From Camelus ferus (Eukaryota), in NCBI RefSeq assembly GCF_009834535.1, contig NC_045702.1, positions 23,374,001 to 23,438,000 of the forward strand: DNA of 64,000 nucleotides. The letters are read 5' to 3'. A program made the translations under genes and the position numbers. Below, piece by piece: positions 1 through 11,782 of the stretch. Each line of letters starts with the position of its first letter. Position 1 is the first letter of the stretch. The notes beneath the pieces were generated by a model. The model was not told where the DNA came from. It was given only the letters and a program-made list of their open reading frames with translations, and searched no databases.

Positions 1-1039
1 AATTTTCTCATTCAGCATGAAATGACATTTTGCTTTCAGTTTCTATAACCCAACCTGGTTTTTTAATATCTGCCCATTTTATTATCTAACCAATGTGAGA
101 ACCTCAAAAAAAAAATCTAAAAATCCAATACATTTCTGCCAGCTGTGATCTGTGCTAATGTGAAAAGAATACTTTGAAGTATCGGTTGGCATCTCCCCCT
201 AAGCTGTACACATGCAAGGTTGCTGTCACAAATATGCAGAGATACGCTTTCACAAATTATGTTATTAAAGATGTGGCTCGTGGGCATCCGCTAGTAAGTC
301 TGACTTTGTTCTCTGATGCTTTTTTATGCATTTTTAAAGTAAAAGTCTTAGACATATGTACAATGTGGGAAAAATATTAAACCATAATCAGTGGATCTAT
401 TAGATGAAAATTGTTAATACCAATCAAATCATATATTTCAGACCTCTGTTGTTAAAATACATCTGATTATTTTGCTAGCTCAGATCGTGCTTCTTCTGTA
501 CAGAGAAGAAAGAGTAGACTGGGGGTGGGGATAAAGAAAGATGCAAAAGACGGAATTATGGGAAGATAGTTAACTTAGTCCTTGAAATAGTATTTTGCAT
601 CTGTCTCTCTGGGTTAAAAGAACAACTCACAAAGCCTACGGTCTCCCTTATGACCATGATTTCAACTGAGATCTCCAGTGGAGAGTACAAGTGAATAGAT
701 TCATCCTCTGGGCTTTAGGCAAGAGCTAGGGAAACGGTATCAGAAAAGAAAGCCATATATTCCACGCAGGAAAGTTAGTGAGCTTCTCTCTGCATCTCAA
801 CTACTGGGTATACCTTACCAGCTAGTTTTAACTCAGGCAGATACTGCCAAAGCACCTACTAGTACTGGTTTTCCATTATCCAAGTGATCCCATAAGCCTG
901 CCTTGCACAACTAATGTAAGAGCACAAAATAAACTGTAATCAAAGAAAAATAATATAAATCAGCTCACTGAAGGAGGATCAGTATCCTGAGGAAGATCCA
1001 GATGAAAATGTACAATTTGGTGTCCTATGGAATTATAAT

Positions 1040-1500
1040 GAGCAGGAAAAACAAAAACACTTTTCAGGAAAGCTATAATAAAAACTCCCAGAGGCATATA
1101 ATTACAGTGCAAAAAGCCTTCCAGAATTTAAAAAAGAAAAACACGACTTTTACATGAACTGACTGAATAAACAAACTAAAAAAAAGAATGCCATCACTAA
1201 AATCTAAATTAATGTCCTGAAAGATCAAATGGAAATATTAATATTACCTGACAATAACAAGAATATAAGTTCCAAGAAGGCAGGTACATATCTATGTCCC
1301 TTTCTATATTTTAAGCACCTAAAACAGTACCCATGGAAAGGTCTGTTAATGAAGACAGACAACACATAATGAGTTAGAGATTTAGAATAAAAAAGATGAC
1401 AGAAAACATGAATAACAAGTTTAAAGAGTCTAAATATGGAGGTGGGAGATCTAGGAGAAAATCATTAGGTTATGATATAATAAATACAGAAATTATAGAA
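1040..1500 (+). mobile_element. Ancient L1/HAL1 ORF1-like fragment, interrupted by a short L2 3' piece near 1255-1350
   Basis: A-rich strand with gaaagatcaaatggaa and gaaaacatg...atggaggtgggagatctaggag resembling old L1M/HAL1 ORF1; recalled similarity only. Confidence 0.4.
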
Positions 1501-2869
1501 CAGACACCCTTTCATTTTGATTTGTAGGCAACACGTTCCTTATTTCCAAGATGCTCATCTGAAAAAAAGAGCAGTTTATGTCCACAAATTAAAATCTCAA
1601 ATTCCAATTTAATTTTTTCTTCTTGCGTTTATTCTATTATCCCCCAAACAAGATACAGAGAATTCTTTAAGAATGTCAAATATTAACCTGTGTGGTTCTT
1701 GAAGTATTCTAAACAAAGTTACATCATTTAACATCTTGGAAAATAACACATAGGACAATAAAGGGGAAGACTAAAAAAATTAGAAAAGCAACAAACAAAA
1801 AAACTACAGAGGGAACATAAGATCTTCAAAGATCTTAGTTGGCATTACTGTCCTGTCCAAAACTTGAACCAAGTTAAACGACTACAGGGCATTTTAGCCA
1901 CATGTAAAATCCCTGACAACCGTGGCAAATCTGAAAGTTGGAAATACAGGTAAACTCAGTTATACAAAATAACCCTCTCTCACAAGTTTCCTCGTCAGTC
2001 CGGACTTGGAAGGCAAGCTGAATGATCTCCTATTGTCCCCAGACTGAGAGTATAATTTGAAACGGTGGCTTTGCTCAAGGCCTGTAAACAGTCTGGCCAC
2101 TTCCCTAGACACCACTGCATGCCAGGGCACCTGCCGCGAGCAGAGACAGAGGAGGAAACCACCAGGCCAGTGTGTGCTGGCAGACAGGGAGATAGTTCCT
2201 AACACCTCTCCCCAGGCTCCCTAAATCTGAAAATGTGGCTGTACATAATTCTAAAGGTGAAGTACAAATATTCTTAGGTCAGGTTACAATATGTATTTTC
2301 CTGCTAATGGATTTCAGAGCTTTTCTTACAAGCAGTTTTTCAAAGTTACAAAATGTAACTGAAGTGACAATAAAGGTTTGTTACTGGCCAGGGATAACCA
2401 CTTTGCAGTGAGACACAGGTCACCACTGCCCGCACAGAAAAATACATGAGCTAAATATTCATCAATATCTCCCCTCATCCATTTGGTAAGATGAGCTATT
2501 GATTGTACTACAGGCCATCTTCTCATAGGTTTTGTTCATTTTAAAAGTTGTATAATTGGATGACAGCTTTAATCCAAGGGAAGGTAAAAAGGAGACAGAT
2601 TTCCTGAATCTTTGTTCCAGCTTTTAAGATCATAACCTCTAATTTGAACCTTGTATTGCTCAGGACATTAATATTGTTTACTTAAAGTTATTTATTAACT
2701 GCCATAGTCTATTTTTTCTATTTTAATTTAACGTGGAGTGTATTTTGTTTACAGTTGAATTAGTATATGTGTGCGTGTGTATGCATGTGTATGTATATAA
2801 TGCAGTTGAACATGAATGTCCTCCCCCATCTATTCACTTACCTACCTACCCATCTATCTCTGTTGTGCA

Positions 2870-3470
2870 GTCCCTAGTGGCTGGCTGCTGCTGTTGCATA
2901 GTATAACATAATTTATTTAAGTCAGTATGAAAGGCTACTGATCTAATAAAAATGTTGTAGTCAAAAATACTGTTGCATTTATTTTTATGAATTTATCTAA
3001 TTTTTTCCCTCCAAATAAATGTCAAGTATATAATTCAGGATCAAGGACTTAATTTTTTTTTAAGTTTTTGATTCTTAATGACAAAAGTTTGCAGTATATT
3101 GCCCTCAATCACAAAAATATTTCCTATATTAGCCATTTTAAATTTTGTCAAGTAGAAAGATTGTTAAAAAAGTACATCAGATTATTGTTTTTCTTCGCAT
3201 TTCTTTGATTAATAGAATGTGTTTTTACATTTCCCATATCATGTTTGGCACCTATGTCTTTTATATTTTCTGTGTGAGTTTATATCCTAAGCTGGCTTTT
3301 CTGTAACATTTTGGGGATTTCTTTCTGATTTGTGAAGAGCTTTTTATAAATTAAAGGTACTGACCCTTTATCATTTTACATTATACCTCCTCCACATTTG
3401 CTAGTTGTCTTTACTTGAATGGGTTTCCTTTTAATCACCCAGAAGTTGTACATTTTGTGTAGTATGCGTT
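2870..3470 (-). mobile_element. Old L1 (L1ME-like) ORF2 3' fragment
   Basis: T-rich antisense L1 phrases such as catttctttgattaatag and tttctgatttgtgaagagctttttataaattaaagg. Confidence 0.55.
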
Positions 3471-3739
3471 TTAGTGCCTCAGGAAGGAACTGCATAAATA
3501 TTAGATATTTCAAATGTAAAGGCACTGACTTTGTTTTAGGAATGCAGAACCACTATGCCATCAATATTCCACAGCAACTGTCATCAGACCCCCAGTTTGG
3601 AAGAGTACATTTCTGACAAAGTAGAGAAAACACGCCTTGATAGTTCTAACTACATTTCTAAGTTGTGAAGAAGACAAACTCCTGGTATGCCTTTCACTTG
3701 CATTAAGAATTTCTCCAGGGCCCTTACAGAGTTTCACAA

Positions 3740-3850
3740 TTATTATCTAATTAATCATTACCACTTTTTTTTCCAGAGAGATAGAAGGCACACATATTAA
3801 CCTTTGTTGCAGACAAAGAAACTGCAGCACAGTGCAATTTCAGTGAACGA
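3740..3850 (-). mobile_element. MIR fragment
   Basis: attaacctttgttgcagacaaagaaactgcagcacag resembles the MIR core. Confidence 0.4.
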
Positions 3851-4785
3851 CCCCTGTCATTCCACAGACCAGGAGAAGAGACAGAAATCTGCTTCTGCTC
3901 TTCAGACTCTTCTAACTTGCGCCCAGCCCCTTTTTTTGGCCTTAGCTACTGGCAGCTGGCATTTTAGTTATCACTCAACTCCTTAAAATTCTGAGGGTCA
4001 ACAGCATGAAGTATACTGGGTTTGCAATATTCCTGAGCAGCCTGGGAGAGCACAGTGCAAATGACCTCGGGATGCAGGAGGTAAAGTAAAATAATTACAA
4101 AATGCTGGGATGTAAGCCATCTCTCAGTATGAACAGGAGTAGAAATTCTTAACATCGTCAAGAACCCAAGTGTGAAAATTGTAAGGCGGCTGTCAGAACA
4201 AATGCTGGGTGCAGGTCCAGAGTGAGGACACTGAGATGCATCAACTACAATCTTTCCTTGAAGTTACCCCCATTAATGAAATTGCACCTGCTGAGTACTT
4301 AATTGTATAGAAGATTGTGCTAGAAAGAATTCTGCTCGCAAGTTGGAGGTTCAACACATATCCAACATATAAAATAATGAACGTCAGCAAGAAAAAGAAA
4401 GAATGTCTCCTTAAGTTCTTTTTGAATCTCTGTGAAGACTGCCAGCTGGCATGTACCAGCTGTGGGTTTTAACAATTAAACCCTCCCAAAACACAGTTTC
4501 CCCAGAACTATAAGACAATGAGTTAACATAAAACGTGGGATATTTATCTAAATAATCTTCCCTTCATTTTAGCAGTATACCCCAACGAATTATGACTCAG
4601 AATTTCCTATTATGATGATAGCCATCTTATTTTCAAAGCGTGAGAGCTGATTTGATATTTTTCTTTACTGCCTAGATGTACACGGTGGGCCAGTTTCACA
4701 GGCTCAGCCTGCATTACCCCTGGAGATGCCTGGTCACTTGGAGAGACTCACAAATAAGTCACTGCACTCGCTGAGTCTCTTTATA

Positions 4786-4846
4786 ATGAATATGCAAGAA
4801 GTTAAAAATTAGAATTCTCATTAGCCTCATAGACTCAGTATAAAAA
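4786..4846 (+). promoter_or_regulatory. Candidate POU (MORE-like) site plus TATA box
   Basis: ATGAATATGCAA at 4786-4797 and TATAAAAA at 4839-4846 in non-repetitive sequence. Motif match only. Confidence 0.3.
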
Positions 4847-5224
4847 GAGGCCAGATATTCAAGACTTGACTTGAAAATCAGGTCGTAACTCCAATAAAGT
4901 TTAGTGGGAAGATCCAGACTGGGAGCGTTAACATGATGAACTTTTGGATTACTCTGTATGTACCCCTCATTTTCTGTTAAAAAACAAACAAAAAAACTAC
5001 TGGGGGCTAAGTGTAAGAACCTCATTCTCTTGCCTAGATGGCTCATCTTTTTTCCCCATTCTTTTCTTTTTTTTTTAATTTGAATCATCATCTTAAATAT
5101 CTGTGTTCCTACATTTCATTTGTGCATAATTCATCCCGCCATCTAGTCAATTCTCCCTTCTCCTTTCCATTAGCTTAGCCACCCATTGCCCATCCTACTT
5201 AGTAAGGGGATGAATGTTATAAGA

Positions 5225-5355
5225 CAGACTTGTTCATATTCTGGAATTAACAATGTGCTGGTTGAATGACCTTGAGAAAAGCAGGTAACCGTTCTGTGCT
5301 TCAGTTTTCTCCGTTATAAAACTGCATTAACGCGTAACTCAAGGGAATTTTAAGA
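5225..5355 (+). mobile_element. MIR
   Basis: gaatgaccttgagaaaagcaggtaaccgttctgtgcttcagttttctccgttataaaa matches the MIR core. Confidence 0.6.
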
Positions 5356-5384
5356 GATAATAAAAAATAAATATACAATCCTAA

Positions 5385-5580
5385 TTGCTTACTATATATC
5401 AGGAACTGTTCTAAGCACTGTCCATATACTGACTTATTTAACACTAACCTTTCATATAATCCACTAAAATATAGTGTTATCCCTATTTAAGATGAAGATA
5501 CTGTACAGTGTTGCTTAATTATTCAGTGATGGAGTTTGGACTTAAATGTAAACAACTCCTATCTCCATAGCCCATAACCT
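5385..5580 (-). mobile_element. MIR
   Basis: ttactatatatcaggaactgttctaagcact...gttatccctatttaagatgaagatactg is an antisense MIR tail and core. Confidence 0.65.
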
Positions 5581-6434
5581 TATCTTCTGTCCCGCTCTGG
5601 CATAAGGAAGGTCAATAACTGTTAACTTCCTTCCCAATTTCATCAATTGTAAATGTAAAGAAAACTAAAAATGAAAGAGAAAGAGTTAAGTGATTTAGCG
5701 ATGGTCTGTCTAAGGACACAGTTTAGAAAATGTTTGTTCTATTGATTTTTATCTTCCAGGTGATCCTTCTGGTGTCCTGACTGTTCTTAATCAGGAATGA
5801 AAAGAAGCAGAACATGGTCACAGATACCATAAGATTTGTGTACTTTCCCATCAACCTATCAAGATGGCAGTTTGTAGTCCAAATAAAGTTGATTTAAAGA
5901 AAATTATTATGACTTGAGATTCTCACACTCTGCATTTAACAAAGGGAATCTGATAATGGTCAGTAACAAATGTCCTATGGCTCCAGATTTGGAGTTAATT
6001 TTTTTCTTACTTCTTTTGGAGTATTTGGGGGTTTTCTCATTTCTTCATGCTTGTTTACTTCACTCTTACATACAGGTCGAGACAAGGGACAGAAAGTATT
6101 TCATAGGAACTTGTGGAGGATCCCAAAATATTTTCACTACCATATCATATAACATCATATCGTATCATATCACGTATCATATAAAAAGTTGAGGAAGAGC
6201 TGTGTAAAAAGAAGCTAGATATTATGTTACCTCAGACCTGACATGATTTTACAGCTTCTTGGCTTGTTTCACTGATCCACGTCTTCTCCAAGCCTCATTT
6301 CATCCCACTCACATCAATCTCCCTAAAATATCCTTTTGCAGATATCCTGATCCAAGAACCTACAGCGGCTCCCTGTTTCTAGTAAATCAAACCCAAGTGC
6401 CTATATTCATAGTCAAGACTTTCTATCAAAAGGC

Positions 6435-6785
6435 TCTATACACTGAAAGTTTGTATTCCACCAAAATTCGTATGTTGAAAACTAACCTTCAATGTGATGG
6501 TATTTGAAGGTGGAGCCTTTGGGAGCTGATTAGATCATAAGAACGGGCCTTCACATGAATGGATAGTGTCCTTTAAAAAAGAGAACCCAGAGAGTTCCCT
6601 TCCCCCTTCCGCCACGTGAAGAATCAAGATAGCCATCTACAAACTAGAATGTGAGTTCTCACCAGACACCAGATCTGCTGGAGCCTTGATCTTGGAATTC
6701 CCAGTCTCCATAACTGTGAGAAATAAATTTTTGTTGTTTATAAACCACACAGTCTACATTAGTCCCTTACCAGAACAGACTAAGA
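6435..6785 (+). mobile_element. MLT1A-type MaLR solo LTR, apparently inserted in an L2 remnant
   Basis: ccaaaattcgtatgttgaaaactaacc...ggtggagcctttggg...ccttgatcttggaattcccagtctccataactgtgagaaataaatttttgttgtttataaaccac...gactaagac. Confidence 0.85.
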
Positions 6786-7869
6786 CGTTGAGCCATGTCT
6801 ACCAGGTCAGGCTAAACATCTTAGTCCTTTTATTCTTCCCACTAACTCTTCCCTCCTCCATGTCTTTTCTCTGGCTTCATCTCCCACATAAAATGTCCCT
6901 CCACTTCCTCTCTGCCTTCATATTTTAGAATTTGAAACTCTGGGGTTTTTTGTTTGTTTCTTTGTTTTAGCTTTAACTTAATTATCTCAAAATAAAAGAA
7001 AACTAGAATCACTGTTGAGGGTTGTTCTGAGACAAATAACTTCTCTGAAGTGCAGAGGCCAGGACTTAGTCATGTGGTTGGTGCTTAATAAATGTATATT
7101 CCATTCCCTTTCTCTCTCTCTCTCTCTCTTTTCTTTTTTTGTAAACTTAATTGAGTATTTCTACCTTTAGGTGATTATTTCTTACTTCAGTTGTTCTTGT
7201 TCTTTTCCTGGAACAAGAAAGTGGAAACATACATCATGGACCACCATCCAGTTATCTACTCACATGGAACTTAACTTCTATGTTTAAACTTCTTGCCACT
7301 TCCATTTACAATATACCAATTCAGATATTTTAATTAAGATCTTGTGACTATCATTTCTTTACTGTTTTCTATGCCTCTAGTTATCACCTCCCCTCGCAGC
7401 CTGACACACACATTTTGCTTTTAATTCAATCTCTATGTTATTCCGGTAATTATTTGGCACCTTGTGTAAACCAACATTAAAAGACACATTAGACTGTGTT
7501 GCATTTGTTGGATTAAATTTCTGTCTGCCTTCAAGACTATAAATACCTTGGGGGAAAAATCATTTCCTTTCATATTTATATTACCAATATCCATCACAGT
7601 ACTTGGCATATTTGCTGAATAAAAGAATGCTGCTTTGAAACGCCTGTGGATCTGCTTCATAGAGAAACAGTAAGATATAGCATAACATTAACATATAGGT
7701 ATGATGAAAGATCTGGCTTCTAGTCCGTGTACACATCCTTAACGTGAGACCTATGGAAAACTGCTCAAACATTCTGATCATCACTTTATTATATATAAAA
7801 TTGAATTTAAAATATCTAGATATATATTTATCAAATTTATTTTTTAAAATGAAACAAGGAAATGAATGT

Positions 7870-8340
7870 TTATTCCAGTTGTTACTGCTGAATAACAAAA
7901 TATCACAGAATCTACTGGCATAAACAACCATTTTCTTAGGCAACCAATTCTGTGGGTTAGGAATTAATTATGGAAAAGCTCAGATGGAAGCTCTTGCTTG
8001 GTGTCTCTCTGTGGTTGTAGTCAGCTGGCAGCTGAGGCTGTGATAATCTGAATGTTCTACCTTGTTTTCTGGAACAATCTTTTGCAGTCCTGAAACTCCA
8101 AGTAAAAGATTCTACTGTCCTGAGGCTCAGAACAGCTGAACTTCGTATGTGGTGGCTCAGGGCTCCAAGCACAAGCAATCTAAGCAGAAGACTAATGCTG
8201 TGTTAACCTGTACAGTCTAGCTTTGGAAGCCATAAAACATAACTTCTGATTTTTTTTTTCTAATTACAAATGAATCACCCAAGTTTCCCAGATGCAAGGG
8301 TAGGAGACATGGGCTCATCTATTAATAAGAGGGATGCTAA
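7870..8340 (-). mobile_element. Old MLT1 MaLR LTR
   Basis: ttactgctgaataacaaaatatcacagaatctactggcataaacaacc...ttctgtgggttaggaat...gtggctcagggctccaag. Confidence 0.7.
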
Positions 8341-8689
8341 AGAATCTGTGATTTTTCTTTTTAAATCACCATATAACCATAAATCATACAGGGTTATTAA
8401 ACAGATACACACAATTATCTCATTATCCTATGAAAAGGTCATTTAATCTCATTATATCATCCCTATTGCCAAAACACAACTAAATGCATATCTCTCTTGC
8501 CTTTCATGACAACAGAATCTGCAGGATTTTCTACTACTCACTGCTTCCCTTTCAGGCTGCCTGTCTGTCTTCCGCCCACCCCACCCAGTCCCCTACCCGC
8601 CCCCTCCCCCGGCTCTGGCTCTGACTTTTCCACCTTTACTTTAAAGGCTGAACTATCTAGGGCTTGGCCCAGAGTTCCCTTGTCTTCTC

Positions 8690-8930
8690 TATAACAGAGT
8701 GATCACCTTCAGTCCCCAAACCTGAAATACTACGTAAATGCTAATTAATCTCAAATAAATTAGACTCTACAGACATGGAACCTCTCCTGAAATCTAGATT
8801 CATATATCCATCTGCCTATTTGAAATTTCAGTTTGTATACAAATCATGTTAAACTTAACACATCTAAAGAGAACATCAAATCCCATAACCCAAACATGTG
8901 TCCTATCAGTATATTCCATCACTACTCATC
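8690..8930 (+). mobile_element. L2 fragment
   Basis: ctcctgaaatctagattcatatatccatctgcctatttgaaatttc...aaacttaacacatctaaa matches the L2 3' ORF2 region. Confidence 0.6.
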
Positions 8931-9111
8931 CAAATTATCAAACGTTGTCAAATATTGTCAAACTTTCTCTTCCAGATGGATGCATACGGACTGTAGGTTC
9001 AGAGTCTGTACAGTGCATTGGATTACTGTCCCATATAGCATTAGGGAAGTACAATCTACTAATACTCAATACCTTTCTCTCCCTTTGAGCATATAGTGAA
9101 AAGTATGCTTC

Positions 9112-9171
9112 TCTCTCTTTTTCTCTCTCTTCCTCTCTCTCTCTCTCTCTCACACATACACACACACACAC
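9112..9171. repeat. Compound (CT)n(CA)n microsatellite
   Basis: Directly visible. Confidence 0.95.
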
Positions 9172-9539
9172 CACAATCTTTTCTCAGTCTTATTAAAGAT
9201 ACTTATAATTTGATTCATTGAAAGAAGTAAATCTAAAAGAGAATAAGAAGGAAAAAATATAGCACAGATATGGTGTTTGTTTAAAGAAAGTCAGTGTTAA
9301 CCATTTTAATATAAATTTAAAAGCATCAACACTTAAAAATTGGAAGGGGACTAACTCCAAAACCTTGGCTGCTAACCCAAAAGTCGGTCCCTTCTTGGGG
9401 AGTGGAAGAGTTTCCTTTTTTTTTTTTTTTTTTTCAGTTGTTCTCTGACCATTTGGCCATCTGTTCATTTACCAAGTGGGTGAATCCTGAAGTGTTAGCT
9501 ATCCTGGAAATCCTATTCTCCAAATCTGTTATTAGTTTG

Positions 9540-9935
9540 GTTACATATAAGATGTAGTTTGGTAAAAAAGGGGAAGATTACTGAAGAGCTTCTAAGAAAG
9601 AGTTTCTTAGCCTTTCAATCAAAAACATGGGGAGAATGTCCCTGTTCTAACTCTGAAGAGAACTACGTGAGGAGGTGGTGCCTGGAAGTATGAATACCGA
9701 ATCAGAAGGAGACCCAGACTAAAAATAAATAAGTAAATAAAAAACATTTCAAGAGGTAGTTAAGACAGATGGAAGAACTTGGGTCCTTGGTAAAATCATT
9801 GAGTCATCAAATCAACTAGCCATGGAATCATCCTGTCTATGCTTCTAGCCATGAGAAAAAATAAACTACTTATTGATTTAACCATTCCTATTGGGTTTTG
9901 TGTTAGCTGTAGCTGAAAGTATCCTAACTTAGTTA
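9540..9935 (+). mobile_element. MLT1J/K-like MaLR LTR
   Basis: gatggaagaacttgggtccttgg...ttgagtcatcaaatcaactagccatggaa...ttgggttttgtgttagctgtagctgaaagtatcctaact is a typical MLT1J/K 3' end. Confidence 0.7.
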
Positions 9936-10012
9936 AGGACCTTAGAGATTAACTACCCCAGGCTACGTAAGAAAGCTAAAAATACTAAATAACTTGTTAC
10001 AAACCACCCAGG

Positions 10013-10201
10013 TCTTCTCTCACTTTCCCTCTCCTTCTCTCCACTCTCTTCCCTTCCCCTTTCTCCTCTCCTCTCATCTTCTTTCCCTCCCCTCCTCCAT
10101 CTTCTCTGTCTCTGTCTTCCCCTCCCTTTCTCTCATAGAACACCCTCTGCACACCATTTACCATGTGTGCGCCCACATACAAACACACACACACACACTC
10201 A
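10013..10201. repeat. Polypyrimidine low-complexity tract followed by a short (CA)n
   Basis: About 120 nt almost purely C/T, then cacacacacacac. Confidence 0.9.
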
Positions 10202-11210
10202 CTCATTCAGCCTTCATCCTGACCAAACGAAAACCAAAGTTGGGTACTACTGACTCAACTAAGTGGATGGTTGGCTCAACATATTGACTGTCCAGCTCAC
10301 CTGCCCGTTAGATTTTCAAGGATTGTTTTTTTTCTTTTGAGTTTCAGACATTTTAGATAATGAGCCTGTACAAAGTATTTGGAGTTTAATGCAAAAAAAT
10401 TTATTCTGGATATATTAACTTCAGTCAGGATTTAATACATGCAGTAAAATTGAATCTGTACATAAAATATATTGTGAAAAATGGGAGCCATGAATAGGTA
10501 CTATTTTAATAGCTATTCATTTCTAATAAAAAAAGAATCCTATGGGCTTAATAAATACACAAAATATTATTGAATCATAAAGGGGCTAATTAGTTTTGTG
10601 AATTTAAAGTGTTGTGTTTGCACAAGAAAACTAATTACTGATTACTTGCAGCTCTGAATTAAGTATTTTTTTCACATGCTATTCTGATATTTGTAAACCT
10701 AAATTTACCAGGAGTTGGAGGCATTTCCCTGGCATCCAGATTTCAAACATTCAGTCAGTAAATAATTTTACTATTTACCATATGTATTTCCCCCTCAAGT
10801 ATAATCACCAACAAATATAATCTCAAATCTTTAAGAAACACCTTATGCTTATTCTTTGCCAGAATTACACAACATAGAGTCTAATCTAACTTTGATATAT
10901 GACACATTAGCTGTAGTGTTTTAATTAACACCAGCAGAATTCTGGCAATTGCATCTCAGAGCATTCAGCTAGCTGAGTTTTAACTCCACACATATGTCGC
11001 AATCAATTATAAACACAGCACAAATATTTGAATAAAAAAGAAATAAATCATTTACTTGCATATTATTTCTAATGGAAATAGGGGGAAAACGTATGAAATT
11101 AACCAAATAAACACGACTGAGTCACCAAAAAATAAAGCCACATAAAATACTATTTGTAAAAATGGGCATTTATTTTATGCAATATATATCAGTCTCAAAA
11201 AGCTAGCATT

Positions 11211-11782
11211 GCGGAAGGAGTCACAAAATGGCTTCCTTGATGCTAAGATAGCTTACAGAGTTCACTGTGATGGATTAATTTGTTTTCTCAGAGTTCTTTC
11301 TGACTAACCTGTTTTCTCCCCTAGCTACTGCTATTGTTTAACTTGCCTGAATGATTATTTGCTTAGCAACCCCACCCCTATGATTTACGCCCTACCCTAA
11401 ATAACGTGTATCCAAAACCCAGAAGCTATTTTCCAGAAAGTCAGATCCTCCAAAAGCCCCAGTGACACCAGAGGGATCAGACCTCACAACGCCAAAGCCT
11501 CAGTCAATGACCTACTCAGTGGACCACCAGAAGTTCCTCTGACACAAGATAAACTCTTGTAAGAGACTCTATACTTCATTATTACTGATATGCTCTGTCC
11601 CGTTTGCCTATCTAATCACCAAGCCCCAACCCCTAGATGGATTCACAGCTCCAAGGCATCAGCCTGCTGTGATTCCCCTTTGCCAGGCAAAGCAATACAG
11701 CAGCTCTCTTCTTTGCTCCCAAAACTCGGCCTCCAAGTTTGAATTCATTTTTTGGGGTGCAGAGGCTGACTTTTCAGCAACA
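11211..11782 (+). mobile_element. ERV solo LTR (ERV1-like)
   Basis: Begins TG(cggaaggagtcacaaaatggc) and ends gcagaggctgacttttcagcaaCA, with sharp composition change at both ends. No clean TSD seen. Confidence 0.7.

Noticed and set aside
240-293. 54-nt phase-0 exon-like segment RYAFTNYVIKDVARGHPL ending CTA|GTAAGT
   Set aside because: The acceptor has almost no pyrimidine tract, the peptide is unrecognised, and GTAAGT is expected many times by chance in 64 kb.
1818-1837. Hairpin TAAGATCT-tcaa-AGATCTTA
   Set aside because: An 8-bp AT-rich stem is within chance expectation.
7581-7943. 120-aa minus-strand ORF
   Set aside because: It starts inside an MLT1 LTR, is AT-biased, and shows no homology I recognise.
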